A DNA stretch of 64,000 nt from assembly GCA_964016885.1 (NCBI GenBank), contig OZ024741.1, positions 259,904,001 to 259,968,000 on the forward strand. Direction: 5' to 3'. Every line of letters begins with the position of its first letter. Within the stretch, counting starts at the first letter, position 1. The position numbers and the translations under genes were made by a program. Source of the stretch: Eledone cirrhosa. Taxonomy: Eukaryota. Below the pieces are notes generated by a model. It was not told the DNA's origin and did not search any database. It saw only the letters and a program-made list of their open reading frames with translations. Of the stretch, positions 24,691 through 39,900 are shown piece after piece.

Positions 24691-27600
24691 GTAAGTCGGA
24701 ACACTCGTAAGTCAGAATACTCGTAAGTCAAAACACTCGTAAACCGGAACACCCGTAAGGCAAAACATTCGCATGTCAAAACACTCGTAAGTCGAAACAC
24801 TCGTAAGCCGAAACACTCGTAAGTCGAAACACTCGTAAGTCGAAACACTCGTAAGTCGAAACACTCGTAAGTCAGTGCACCCGTAAGTCAGAACACTCGT
24901 AGTCAGAATACTCGTAAGTCGAAACACTCGTATGTCGAAACACCCGTAAGTCGAAACATCCGTAAGTCAAAACACTCGTATGTCGAAACACTCGTAAGCC
25001 GAAACACTCATAAGTCGAAACACTCGTAAGCCGAAACACCCGTAAGTCAAAACATTCGTAAGTCAAAACACTCGTAAGTCGAAACACCCGTAAGTCAAAA
25101 CACTCGTATGTCGAAACACTCGTAAGCCGAAACAACGTAAGTAAAAACACTCGTAAGTCGAAACACCCATAAGTCGAAACACTCGTAAGCCGAAACACTC
25201 GTAAGTCGAAACACTCATAAGCCGAAACACTCGTAAGTCGGAACACTCGTAAATCAGAACACCCGCAAGTCAGAACACTCGTAAATCAGAACACTCTTAA
25301 GTCGAAACTCACGTACGCTGAAACACTCGTAAGTCGAAACACTCGTAAGTCGAAACATCCTTAAGTCGAAACACTCGTACACCGAAACACTCGTAAGTAT
25401 AAACATTAGTAAGTCGAAACACTCGTAAGCCGAAACACTCGTAAGTCGAAACACCCGTAAATCGAAACACCCGTAAGTCAAAACACTCGTATGTCGAAAC
25501 ACTCGTAAACCGAAACACTCGTAAGTCGGAACACTCGTAAGTCAGAACACTCGTAAGTCAGAACACTCGTAAGTCGAAACACTCATAAGTCGAAACACTC
25601 GTAAGTCGAAACACCCGTAAGTCGAAACCCCCGTAAGTCGAAACACTCGTATGTCGAATAACTCGTAAGCTGAAACACCGTAAGTCAAAACACTCGTAAG
25701 TCAAAACACTCGTAAGTCGAAACACCCATAAGCCGAAACACTCGTAAGCCAAAACATTCGTAAGTCGAAACACTCGTAAACCGAAACACTCGTAAGCCAA
25801 AACATTCGTAAGTCGAAACACTCGTACGTCGAAACACCCATAGCCGAAACACTCGTAAGTCGGAACACACGTAAGTCAGAACACCCGTAAGTCAGAACAC
25901 TCGTAAGTCAGAACACTCGTAAGTCAGAGCACTCGTATCGAAACACTCGTATGTCAAAACACCCGTAAGTCAAAACACTCGTAAGTCGAAACACTCGTAA
26001 GCCGAAACACCGTAAGCCAAAACACTCGTAAGTCGAAACACCCGTAAGTCGGAACACTCGTAAGTCGAAACATTCGTAAGTCGAAACACTCGTAAGCCGA
26101 AACACTCGTAAGCCGAAACACTCGTAAGTCGGAACACTCGTAAGTCGGAACACTCGTAAGTCAGAACACTCGTAAGTCAGAACACTCGTAAGTCAGAACA
26201 CTCGTAAGTCAGAATACTCGTAAGTCGAAACACCCGTAAGTCGAAACACCCGTAAGTCGAAACACTCGTATGTCGAATAACTCGTAAGCCGAAACACCGT
26301 AAGTCAAAACACTCGTAAGTCGAAACACTCGTAAGTCGAAACACCCATAAGCCGAAACACTCGTAAGCCAAAACATTCGTAAGTCGAAACACTCGTAAAC
26401 CGAAACACTCGTAAGCCAAAACATTCGTAAGTCGAAACACTCGTAAGTCGAAACACCCATAGCCGAAACACTTGTAAGTCTGAACACACGTAAGTCAGAA
26501 CACCCGTAAGTCAGAACACTCGTAAGTCAGAACACTCGTAAGTCAGAACACTCGTAAGTCAGAGCACTCGTATCGAAACACTCGTATGTCAAAACACCCG
26601 TAAGTCAAAACACTCGTAAGTCGAAACACTCGTAAGCCGAAACACCGTAAGCCAAAACACTCGTAAGTCGAAACACCCGTAAGTCGGAACACTCGTAAGT
26701 CGAAACACTCGTAAGTCGAAACACTCGTAAGCCGAAACACTCGTAAGCCGAAACACTCGTAAGTCGGAACACTCGTAAGTCGGAACACTCGTAAGTCAGA
26801 ACACTCGTAAGTCAGAACACTCGTAAGTCAGAACACTCGTAAGTCAGAACACTCGTAAGTCGAAATACTCGTATCGAAACACTCGTATGTCAAAACACCA
26901 GTAAGTCGAAACACTCGTATCGAAACACTCGTATGTCAAAACACCAGTAAGTCAAAACACTCGTAAGTCGAAACACTCGTAAGCCGAAACACCGTAAGTC
27001 GAAACACCCGTATGTCGAAACACTCGTAAGCCGAAACACTCGTAAGTCGAAACACTCGTAGTCGAAACACTCGTAAGTCGAAACACCCGTAAGTCGAAAC
27101 ACTCGTAAGTCGAAACACTCGTAAGCCGAAACACTCGTAAGTCGAAACACTCATAAGCCGAAACACTCGTAAGTCGAAACACTCGTAAGTCAGAACACTC
27201 GTAGTCAGAACACTCGTAAGTCAAACCACTCGTAAGCCGAAACACTCGTAAGTCGAAACACTCGTAAGTCGAAACACTCGTAAGTCGAAAAACTCGTAAG
27301 CCGGAACACTCGTAAGTCAGAACACTCGTAAGTCAGAACACCCGTAAGTCGAAACACTCGTAAGCCGAAACACCCGTAAGTCGAAACATTCGTAAGTCGA
27401 AACACCCGTAAGTCGAAACACTCGTAAGTCGAAACACTCGTAAGTCGAAACACCGTAAGTCAAAACACTCGTATGTCGAAACATCCGTAAATCAGAACAC
27501 TCCTAAGTCAAAACACTCGTAAGTCGAAACACTCGTAAGTCAAAAATACTCGTAAGTCGAAACACCCTTAAGTAAAAACACTCGTAAGTCGCAACACTCG

Positions 27601-30600
27601 TAAGCCGAAACACCCGTCAGTTAAAACACCCGTAAGTCGAAACACTCGTAAGTCAAAACTCTCGTACGCCGAAACACTCGTAAGTAAAAACATTAGTAAG
27701 TCGAAACACTCGTAAGCCGAAACACTCATAAGTCGAAACACTCGTAAGCCGAAACACCCGTAAGTCAAAACATTCGTAAGTCAAAACACTCGTAAGTCGA
27801 AACACCCGTAAGTCGAAACACTCGTATGTCGAAACACTCGTAAGCCGAAACACCGTAAGTAAAAACACTCGTAAGTCGAAACACCCACAAGTCGAAACAC
27901 TCGTAAGCCGAAACACTCGTAAGTCGAAACACTCATAAGCCGAAACACTCGTAAGTCGGAACACTCGTAAATCAGAACACCCGCAAGTCAGAACACTCGT
28001 ATCGAAACACTCGTATGTCAAAACACCCGTAAGTCAAAACACTCGTAAGTCGAAACACTCGTAAGCCGAAACACCGTAAGTAAAAAAACTCGTAAGTCGA
28101 AATACTCGTAAGTCGAAACACTCGTAAGCCGAAACAATCGTAATTCAAAACACTCGTAAGTCGAAACACTCGTAAGCCGAAACAATCGTAAGTCGAAACA
28201 CTCGTAAGCCGAAAATACTCGTAAGTCGGAACACCCGTAAGCCGAAACACTCGTATGTCGAAACACTCGTAAGCCGAAACAACATAAGTAAAAACACTCG
28301 TAAGTCGAAACACCCATAAGTCGAAACACTCGTAAGCCGAAACACTCGTAAGTCGAAACACTCATAAGCCGAAACACTCGTAAGTCGGAACACTCGTAAA
28401 TCAGAACACCCGCAAGTCAGAACACTCGTAAATCAGAACACTCTTAAGTCGAAACTCACGTACGCCGAAACACTCGTAAGTCGAAACACTCGTAAGTCGA
28501 AACATCCTTAAGTCGAAACACTCGTACACCGAAACACTCGTAAGTATAAACATTAGTAAGTCGAAACACTCGTATGTCGAAACACTCGTAAACCGAAACA
28601 CTCGTAAGTCGGAACACTCGTAAGTCAGAACACTCGTAAGTCAGAACACTCGTAATTCGAAACACTCATAAGTCGAAACACTCGTAAGTCGAAACACCCG
28701 TAAGTCGAAACACCCGTAAGTCGAAACACTCGTATGTCGAATAACTCGTAAGCCGAAACACTGTAAGTCAAAACACTCGTAAGTCGAAACACTCGTAAGT
28801 CGAAACACCCATAAGCCGAAACATTCGTAAGCCAAAACATTCGTAAGTCGAAACACTCGTAAACCGAAACACTCGTAAGCCAAAACATTCGTAAGTCGAA
28901 ACACTCGTAAGTCGAAACACCCATAGCCGAAACACTTGTAAGTCTGAACACACGTAAGTCAGAACACCCGTAAGTCAGAACACTCGTAAGTCAGAACACT
29001 CGTAAGTCAGAACACTCGTAAGTCAGAGCACTCGTATCGAAACACTCGTATGTCAAAACACCCGTAAGTCAAAACACTCGTAAGTCGAAACACTCGTAAG
29101 CCGAAACACCGTAAGCCAAAACACTCGTAAGTCGAAACATCCGTAAGTCGGAACACTCGTAAGTCGAAACACTCGTAAGTCGAAACACTCGTAAGCCGAA
29201 ACACTCGTAAGCCGAAACACTCGTAAGTCGGAACACTCGTAAGTCGGAACACTCGTAAGTCAGAACACTCGTAAGTCAGAACACTCGTAAGTCAGAACAA
29301 TCGTAAGTCAGAACACTCGTAAGTCGAAACACTCGTATCGAAACACTCGTATGTCAAAACACCCGTAAGTCAAAACACTCGTAAGTCGAAACACTCGTAA
29401 GTCGAAACATTCGTATGTCGAAACATCCGTAAATCAGAACACTCGTAAGTCGAAACACTCGTAAGTCGAAACACTCGTAAGCCGAAACACTCGTAAGTCG
29501 AAGCACTCGTATCGAAACACTCGTAAGTCGAAACACCCTTAAGTCAAAACACTCGTAAGCCAAAACACTCGTAAGTCGAAACACTCGTAAGTCGGAACAC
29601 TCGTAAGTCAGAACACTCGTAAGTCAGAACACTCGTAAGTGGAAACACGCGTAAGTCGAAACACTCATAAGTCGAAACACTCGTAAGTCGAAACACCCGT
29701 AAGTCGAAACACCCGTAAGTCGAAACACTCGTATGTCGAATAACTCGTAAGCCGAAACACCGTAAGTCAAAACACTCGTAAGTCGAAACACTCGTAAGTC
29801 GAAACACCCATAAGCCGAAACACTCGTAAGCCAAAACATTCGTAAGTCGAAACACTCGTAAACCGAAACACTCGTAAGCCAAAACATTCGTAAGTCGAAA
29901 CACTCGTAAGTCGAAACACCCATAGCCGAAACACTCGTAAGTCTGAACACACGTAAGTCAGAACAGCCGTAAGTCAGAACACTCGTAAGTCAGAACACTC
30001 TTAAGTCAGAACACTCGTAAGTCAGAGCACTCGTATCGAAACACTCGTATGTCAAAACACCCGTAAGTCAAAACACTCGTAAGTCGAAACACTCGTAAGT
30101 CGAAACACTCGTATGTCGAAACATCCGTAAATCAGAACACTCGTAAGTCGAAACACTCGTAAGTCGAAACACTCGTAAGCCGAAACACTCGTAAGTCGAA
30201 GCACTCGTATCGAAACACTCGTAAGTCGAAACACCCTTAAGTCAAAACACTCGTAAGCCAAAACACTCGTAAGTCGAAACACTCGTAAGTCGGAACACTC
30301 GTAAGTCAGAACACTCGTAAGTCAGAACACTCGTAAGTGGAAACACGCGTAAGTCGAAAGACCCGTAAGTCAAAAATCTCGTAAGTCAAAACACTCGTAA
30401 GCCGAAACACTCGTAAGTCGAAACACTCGTAAGTCGAAACACCCGTAAGTCGGAACACTCGTAAGTCAGAATACTCGTAAGTCAAAACACTCGTAAACCG
30501 GAACACCCGTAAGGCAAAACATTCGCATGTCAAAACACTCGTAAGTCGAAACACTCGTAAGCCGAAACACTCGTAAGTCGAAACACTCGTAAGTCGAAAC

Positions 30601-33600
30601 ACTCGTAAGTCGAAACACCCGTAAGTCAGTGCACCCGTAAGTCAGAACACTCGTAGTCAGAATACTCGTAAGTCGAAACACTCGTATGTCGAAACACCCG
30701 TAAGTCGAAACATCCGTAAGTCAAAACACTCGTATGTCGAAACACTCGTAAGCCGAAACACTCATAAGTCGAAACACTCGTAAGCCGAAACACCCGTAAG
30801 TCAAAACATTCGTAAGTCAAAACACTCGTAAGTCGAAACACCCGTAAGTCAAAACACTCGTATGTCGAAACACTCGTAAGCCGAAACAACGTAAGTAAAA
30901 ACACTCGTAAGTCGAAACACCCATAAGTCGAAACACTCGTAAGCCGAAACACTCGTAAGTCGAAACACTCATAAGCCGAAACACTCGTAAGTCGGAACAC
31001 TCGTAAATCAGAACACCCGCAAGTCAGAACACTCGTAAATCAGAACACTCTTAAGTCGAAACTCACGTACGCTGAAACACTCGTAAGTCGAAACACTCGT
31101 AAGTCGAAACATCCTTAAGTCGAAACACTCGTACACCGAAACACTCGTAAGTATAAACATTAGTAAGTCGAAACACTCGTAAGCCGAAACACTCGTAAGT
31201 CGAAACACCCGTAAATCGAAACACCCGTAAGTCAAAATACTCGTATGTCGAAACACTCGTAAACCGAAACACTCGTAAGTCGGAACACTCGTAAGTCAGA
31301 ACACTCGTAAGTCAGAACACTCGTAAGTCAGAACACTCGTAAGTCAGAACACTCGTAAGTCGAAACACTCGTATCGAAACACTCGTATGTCAAAACACCC
31401 GTAAGTCAAAACACTCGTAAGTCGAAACACTCGTAAGTCGAAACATTCGTATGTCGAAACATCCGTAAATCAGAACACTCGTAAGTCGAAACACTCGTAA
31501 GTCGAAACACTCGTAAGCCGAAACACTCGTAAGTCGAAGCACTCGTATCGAAACACTCGTAAGTCGAAACACCCTTAAGTCAAAACACTCGTAAGCCAAA
31601 ACACTCGTAAGTCGAAACACTCGTAAGTCGGAACACTCGTAAGTCAGAACACTCGTAAGTCAGAACACTCGTAAGTGGAAACACGCGTAAGTCGAAACAC
31701 TCATAAGTCGAAACACTCGTAAGTCGAAACACCCGTAAGTCGAAACACCCGTAAGTCGAAACACTCGTATGTCGAATAACTCGTAAGCCGAAACACCGTA
31801 AGTCAAAACACTCGTAAGTCGAAACACTCGTAAGTCGAAACACCCATAAGCCGAAACACTCGTAAGCCAAAACATTCGTAAGTCGAAACACTCGTAAACC
31901 GAAACACTCGTAAGCCAAAACATTCGTAAGTCGAAACACTCGTAAGTCGAAACACCCATAGCCGAAACACTCGTAAGTCTGAACACACGTAAGTCAGAAC
32001 AGCCGTAAGTCAGAACACTCGTAAGTCAGAACACTCTTAAGTCAGAACACTCGTAAGTCAGAGCACTCGTATCGAAACACTCGTATGTCAAAACACCCGT
32101 AAGTCAAAACACTCGTAAGTCGAAACACTCGTAAGTCGAAACACTCGTATGTCGAAACATCCGTAAATCAGAACACTCGTAAGTCGAAACACTCGTAAGT
32201 CGAAACACTCGTAAGCCGAAACACTCGTAAGTCGAAGCACTCGTATCGAAACACTCGTAAGTCGAAACACCCTTAAGTCAAAACACTCGTCAGCCAAAAC
32301 ACTCGTAAGTCGAAACACTCGTAAGTCGGAACACTCGTAAGTCAGAACACTCGTAAGTCAGAACACTCGTAAGTGGAAACACGCGTAAGTCGAAAGACCC
32401 GTAAGTCAAAAATCTCGTAAGTCAAAACACTCGTAAGCCGAAACACTCGTAAGTCGAAACACTCGTAAGTCGAAACACCCGTAAGTCGGAACACTCGTAA
32501 GTCAGAATACTCGTAAGTCAAAACACTCGTAAACCGGAACACCCGTAAGGCAAAACATTCGCATGTCAAAACACTCGTAAGTCGAAACACTCGTAAGCCG
32601 AAACACTCGTAAGTCGAAACACTCGTAAGTCGAAACACTCGTAAGTCGAAACACCCGTAAGTCAGTGCACCCGTAAGTCAGAACACTCGTAGTCAGAATA
32701 CTCGTAAGTCGAAACACTCGTATGTCGAAACACCCGTAAGTCGAAACATCCGTAAGTCAAAACACTCGTATGTCGAAACACTCGTAAGCCGAAACACTCA
32801 TAAGTCGAAACACTCGTAAGCCGAAACACCCGTAAGTCAAAACATTCGTAAGTCAAAACACTCGTAAGTCGAAACACCCGTAAGTCAAAACACTCGTATG
32901 TCGAAACACTCGTAAGCCGAAACAACGTAAGTAAAAACACTCGTAAGTCGAAACACCCATAAGTCGAAACACTCGTAAGCCGAAACACTCGTAAGTCGAA
33001 ACACTCATAAGCCGAAACACTCGTAAGTCGGAACACTCGTAAATCAGAACACCCGCAAGTCAGAACACTCGTAAATCAGAACACTCTTAAGTCGAAACTC
33101 ACGTACGCTGAAACACTCGTAAGTCGAAACACTCGAAAGTCGAAACATCCTTAAGTCGAAACACTCGTACACCGAAACACTCGTAAGTATAAACATTAGT
33201 AAGTCGAAACACTCGTAAGCCGAAACACTCGTAAGTCGAAACACCCGTAAATCGAAACACCCGTAAGTCAAAATACTCGTATGTCGAAACACTCGTAAAC
33301 CGAAACACTCGTAAGTCGGAACACTCGTAAGTCAGAACACTCGTAAGTCAGAACACTCGTAAGTCGAAACACTCATAAGTCGAAACACTCGTAAGTCGAA
33401 ACACCCGTAAGTCGAAACCCCCGTAAGTCGAAACACTCGTATGTCGAATAACTCGTAAGCCGAAACACCGTAAGTCAAAACACTCGTAAGTCAAAACACT
33501 CGTAAGTCGAAACACCCATAAGCCGAAACACTCGTAAGCCAAAACATTCGTAAGTCGAAACACTCGTAAACCGAAACACTCGTAAGCCAAAACATTCGTA

Positions 33601-36600
33601 AGTCGAAACACTCGTAAGTCGAAACACCCATAGCCGAAACACTCGTAAGTCGGAACACACGTAAGTCAGAACACCCGTAAGTCAGAACACTCGTAAGTCA
33701 GAACACTCGTAAGTCAGAGCACTCGTATCGAAACACTCGTATGTCAAAACACCCGTAAGTCAAAACACTCGTAAGTCGAAACACTCGTAAGCCGAAACAC
33801 CGTAAGCCAAAACACTCGTAAGTCGAAACACCCGTAAGTCGGAACACTCGTAAGTCGAAACACTCGTAAGTCGAAACACTCGTAAGCCGAAACACTCGTA
33901 AGCCGAAACACTCGTAAGTCGGAACACTCGTAAGTCGGAACACTCGTAAGTCAGAACACTCGTAAGTCAGAACACTCGTAAGTCAGAACACTCGTAAGTC
34001 AGAATACTCGTAAGTCGAAACACCCGTAAGTCGAAACACCCGTAAGTCGAAACACTCGTATGTCGAATAACTCGTAAGCCGAAACACCGTAAGTCAAAAC
34101 ACTCGTAAGTCGAAATACTCGTAAGTCGAAACACCCATAAGCCGAAACACTCGTAAGCCAAAACATTCGTAAGTCGAAACACTCGTAAACCGAAACACTC
34201 GTAAGCCAAAACATTCGTAAGTCGAAACACTCGTAAGTCGAAACACCCATAGCCGAAACACTTGTAAGTCTGAACACACGTAAGTCAGAACACCCGTAAG
34301 TCAGAACACTCGTAAGTCAGAACACTCGTAAGTCAGAACACTCGTAAGTCAGAGCACTCGTATCGAAACACTCGTATGTCAAAACACCCGTAAGTCAAAA
34401 CACTCGTAAGTCGAAACACTCGTAAGCCGAAACACCGTAAGCCAAAACACTCGTAAGTCGAAACACCCGTAAGTCGGAACACTCGTAAGTCGAAACACTC
34501 GTAAGTCGAAACACTCGTAAGCCGAAACACTCGTAAGCCGAAACACTCGTAAGTCGGAACACTCGTAAGTCGGAACACTCGTAAGTCAGAACACTCGTAA
34601 GTCAGAACACTCGTAAGTCAGAACACTCGTAAGTCAGAACACTCGTAAGTCGAAACACTCGTATCGAAACACTCGTATGTCAAAACACCAGTAAGTCGAA
34701 ACACTCGTATCGAAACACTCGTATGTCAAAACACCAGTAAGTCAAAACACTCGTAAGTCGAAACACTCGTAAGCCGAAACACCGTAAGTCGAAACACCCG
34801 TATGTCGAAACACTCGTAAGCCGAAACACTCGTAAGTCGAAACACTCGTAGTCGAAACACTCGTAAGTCGAAACACCCGTAAGTCGAAACACTCGTAAGT
34901 CGAAACACTCGTAAGCCGAAACACTCGTAAGTCGAAACACTCGTAAGTCAGAACACTCGTAGTCAGAACACTCGTAAATCAAACCACTCGTAAGCCGAAA
35001 CACTCGTAAGTCGAAACACTCGTAAGTCGAAACACTCGTAAGTCGAAAAACTCGTAAGCCGGAACACTCGTAAGTCAGAACACTCGTAAGTCAGAACACT
35101 CGTAAGTCGAAACATCCGTAAATCAGAACACTCCTAAGTCAAAACACTCGTAAGTCGAAACACTCGTAAGTCAAAAATACTCGTAAGTCGAAACACCCTT
35201 AAGTAAAAACACTCGTAAGTCGAAACACTCGTAAGCCGAAACACCCGTCAGTTAAAACACCCGTAAGTCGAAACACTCGTAAGTCAAAACTCTCGTACGC
35301 CGAAACACTCGTAAGTAAAAACATTAGTAAGTCGAAACACTCGTAAGCCGAAAGACTCATAAGTCGAAACACTCGTAAGCCGAAACACCCGTAAGTCAAA
35401 ACATTCGTAAGTCAAAACACTCGTAAGTCGAAACACCCGTAAGTCGAAACACTCGTATGTCGAAACACTCGTAAGCCGAAACACCGTAAGTAAAAACACT
35501 CGTAAGTCGAAACACCCACAAGTCGAAACACTCGTAAGCCGAAACACTCGTAAGTCGAAACACTCATAAGCCGAAACACTCGTAAGTCGGAACACTCGTA
35601 AATCAGAACACCCGCAAGTCAGAACACTCGTATCGAAACACTCGTATGTCAAAACACCCGTAAGTCAAAACACTCGTAAGTCGAAACACTCGTAAGCCGA
35701 AACACCGTAAGTAAAAAAACTCGTAAGTCGAAATACTCGTAAGTCGAAACACTCGTAAGCCGAAACAATCGTAATTCAAAACACTCGTAAGTCGAAACAC
35801 TCGTAAGCCGAAACAATCGTAAGTCGAAACACTCGTAAGCCGAAAATACTCGTAAGTCGGAACACCCGTAAGCCGAAACACTCGTATGTCGAAACACTCG
35901 TAAGCCGAAACAACATAAGTAAAAACACTCGTAAGTCGAAACACCCATAAGTCGAAACACTCGTAAGCCGAAACACTCGTAAGTCGAAACACTCATAAGC
36001 CGAAACACTCGTAAGTCGGAACACTCGTAAATCAGAACACCCGCAAGTCAGAACACTCGTAAATCAGAATACTCTTAAGTCGAAACTCACGTACGCTGAA
36101 ACACTGGTAAGTCGAAACACTCGTAAGTCGAAACATCCTTAAGTCGAAACACTCGTACACCGAAACACTCGTAAGTATAAACATTAGTAAGTCGAAACAC
36201 TCGTAAGCCGAAACACTCGTAAGTCGAAACACCCGTAAATCGAAACACCCGTAAGTCAAAACACTCGTATGTCGAAACACTCGTAAACCGAAACACTCGT
36301 AAGTCGGAACACTCGTAAGTCAGAACACTCGTAAGTCAGAACACTCGTAAGTCGAAACACTCATAAGTCGAAACACTCGTAAGTCGAAACACCCGTAAGT
36401 CGAAACCCCCGTAAGTCGAAACACTCGTATGTCGAATAACTCGTAAGCCGAAACACCGTAAGTCAAAACACTCGTAAGTCGAAACACTCGTAAGTCGAAA
36501 CACCCATAAGCCGAAACACTCGTAAGCCAAAACATTCGTAAGTCGAAACACTCGTAAACCGAAACACTCGTAAGCCAAAACATTCGTAAGTCGAAACACT

Positions 36601-36950
36601 CGTAAGTCGAAACACCCATAGCCGAAACACTCGTAAGTCGGAACACACGTAAGTCAGAACACCCGTAAGTCAGAACACTCGTAAGTCAGAACACTCGTAA
36701 GTCAGAACACTCGTAAGTCAGAGCACTCGTATCGAAACACTCGTATGTCAAAACACCCGTAAGTCAAAACACTCGTAAGTCGAAACACTCGTAAGCCGAA
36801 ACACCGTAAGCCAAAACACTCGTAAGTCGAAACACCCGTAAGTCGGAACACTCGTAAGTCGAAACACTCGTAAGTCGAAACACTCGTAAGCCGAAACACT
36901 CGTAAGCCGAAACACTCGTAAGTCGGAACACTCGTAAGTCGGAACACTCG
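23600..36950. repeat. Spacer-free domain with a 7,790/7,631-bp duplication and a nested 2,036-bp tandem duplication (about 29260-33330)
   Basis: ORF pairs 24298/32088, 25558/33348, 25908/33698 and 26543/34333 differ by 7,790; 27568/35199 and 27972/35603 by 7,631; 29354/31390, 30052/32088 and 31008/33044 by 2,036. Confidence 0.88.
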
Positions 36951-39900
36951 TAAGTCAGAACACTCGTAAGTCAGAACACTCGTAAGTCAGAACACTCGTA
37001 AGTCAGAATACTCGTAAGTCGAAACACTCGTATCGAAACACTCGTATGTCAAAACACCCGTAAGTCAAAACACTCGTAAGTCGAAACACTCGTAAGTCGA
37101 AACACTCGTATGTCGAAACATCCGTAAATCAGAACACTCGTAAGTCGAAACTCTCGTAAGCCGAAACACTCGTAAGTCGAAACACTCGTATCGAAACACT
37201 CGTAAGTCGAAACACCCTTAAGTCAAAACACTCGTAAGCCAAAACACTCGTAAGTCGAAACACTCGTAAGTCGGAACACTCGTAAGTCAGAACACTCGTA
37301 AGTCAGAACACTCGTAAGTGGAAACACGCGTAAGTCGAAAGACCCGTAAGTCAAAAATCTCGTAAGTCAAAACACTCGTAAGCCGAAACACTCGTAAGTC
37401 GAAACACTCGTAAGTCGAAACATTCGTAAAGCGAAACGTATAAATAAAGATTAATGTAATGAACTTGAAAAGCATAGATATTTGAAACCGCGTCTATTTG
37501 TTATTTTCGTAAGTCGAAACACTCGTAAGTCAGAACACTCGTAAGTCAGAACACTCTTAAGTGAGAACACTCGTATCGAAACACTCGTATGTCAAAACAC
37601 CCGTAAGTCAAAACACTCGTAAGTCGAAACACTCGTAAGTCGAAACACTCGTAAGCCGAAACAATCGTAAGTCAAAACACTCGTAAGTCGAAACACTCGT
37701 AAGCCGAAAATACTCGTAAGTCGGAACACCCGTAAGCCGAAACTCTCGTAGTTCGGAACACTCGTAAGTCGAAACACTCGTAAGTCGAAACACCCGTAAG
37801 TCGAAACACTCGTAAGTCGAAACACCCGTAAGTCGAAACATCCGTAAGACAAAACACTCGTATGTCGAAACACTCGTAAGCCGAGACACTCGTAAGTCGG
37901 AACACTCGCAAGTCAGAACACTCGTAAGTCAGAACACTCGTAAGTCGAAACACTCGTAAGTCGAAACACCCGTAAGTCGAAACGCCCGTAAGTCAAAACA
38001 CTCGTATGTCGAAACACTCGCAAGCCGAAAAACCGTAAGTCAAAACACTCGTAAGTCGAAACACTCGAAAGCCGAAACACTCGTAAGTCGAAACACTCAT
38101 AAGCCGAAACACTCGTAAGTCGGAACACTCGTAAGTCAGAACACCCGTAAGTCAGAACACTCGTAGTCAGAACACTCGTAAGTCGAAACACTCGTAAGCC
38201 GAAACACTCGCAAGTCGAAGCACTCGTAATCCGAAACACTCTTAAGTCGAAACACTCGTAAGTCAGAACACTCGTAAGTCGAAACACTCGTAAGCCGAAA
38301 CATCCGTAAGTCAAAACATCCGTAAGTCAAAACATTCGTAAGTCGAAACACCCGTAGTCGAAACACTCGCATGTCGAAACACTCGTAAGTCGAAACACGC
38401 GTAAGTCGAAACACATGTAAGTCAAAACACTCGTAAGTCAAAACACTCGTAAGCCGAAACACTCGTGAGTCGAAACACTCGTAAGTTGAAACACTCGTAA
38501 AGCGAAACGTATAAATAAAGATTAATGTAATGAATTTGAAAAGCATAGAGATTTGAAACCGCGTCTATTTGTTATTTTCGTAAGTCGAAACACTCGTAAG
38601 CCGAAGCACTCGTGAGCCGAAACACTCGTAAGTCGGAACACTCGTAAGTCAGAACACTCGTAAGTCAGAACACTCGTAAGTTAGAACACTCGTAAGTCAG
38701 AACACTCGTAAGTCAGAACACTCGTAAGTCAGAACACTCGTAAGTCGAAACACTCGTATCGAAACACTCGTATGTCAAAACAGCAGTAAGTCAAAACACT
38801 CGTAAGTCGAAACACTCGTAAGCCGAAACACCGTAAGTCAAAACACTCGTAAGTCGAAACACTCGTAAGTCGAAACACTCGTAAGTCGAAACACTCGTAA
38901 TCCGAAACACTCGTAAGCCGAAACACTCGTAAGTCGAAACACTCGTAAGTCGAAACACTCGTAAGCCGAAACACTCGTAAGCCGAAACACTCGTAAGTCG
39001 GAACACTCGTAAGTCAGAACACTCATAAGTCAGAACACTCGTAAGTCAGAACACTCGTAAGTCGAAACACTCGTAAGCCGAAACACCGTAAGTCGAAACA
39101 CCCGTATGTCGAAACACTCGTAAGCCGAAACACTCTTAAGTCGAAACACTCATAAGCCGAAACACTCGTAAGTCGGAACACTCGTAAATCAGAACACCCG
39201 CAAGTCAGAACACTCGTAAATCAGAACACTCTTAAGTCGAAACTTACGTACGCCGAAACAATCGTAAGTCGAAACACTCGTAAGTCGAAACATCCTTAAG
39301 TCGAAACACTCGTACACCGAAACACTCGTAAGTATAAACATTAGTAAGTCGAAACACTCGTATGTCGAAACACTCGTAAACCGAAACACTCGTAAGTCGG
39401 AACACTCGTAAGTCAGAACACTCGTAAGTCAGAACACTCGTAAGTCGAAACACTCATAAGTCGAAACACTCGTAAGTCGAAACACCCGTAAGTCGAAACA
39501 CCCGTAAGTCGAAACACTCGTATGTCGAATAACTCGTAAGCCGAAACACCGTAAGTCAAAACACTCGTAAGTCGAAACACTCGTAAGTCGAAACACCCAT
39601 AAGCCGAAACACTCGTAAGCCAAAACATTCGTAAGTCGAAACACTCGTAAACCGAAACACTCGTAAGCCAAAACATTCGTAAGTCGGAACACTCGTAAGT
39701 CAGAACACTCATAAGTCAGAACACTCGTAAGTCAGAACACTCGTAAGTCGAAACACTCGTAAGCCGAAACACCGTAAGTCGAAACACCCGTATGTCGAAA
39801 CACTCGTAAGCCGAAACACTCTTAAGTCGAAACACCCATAGCCGAAACACTTGTAAGTCTGAACACACGTAAGTCAGAACACCCGTAAGTCAGAACACTC

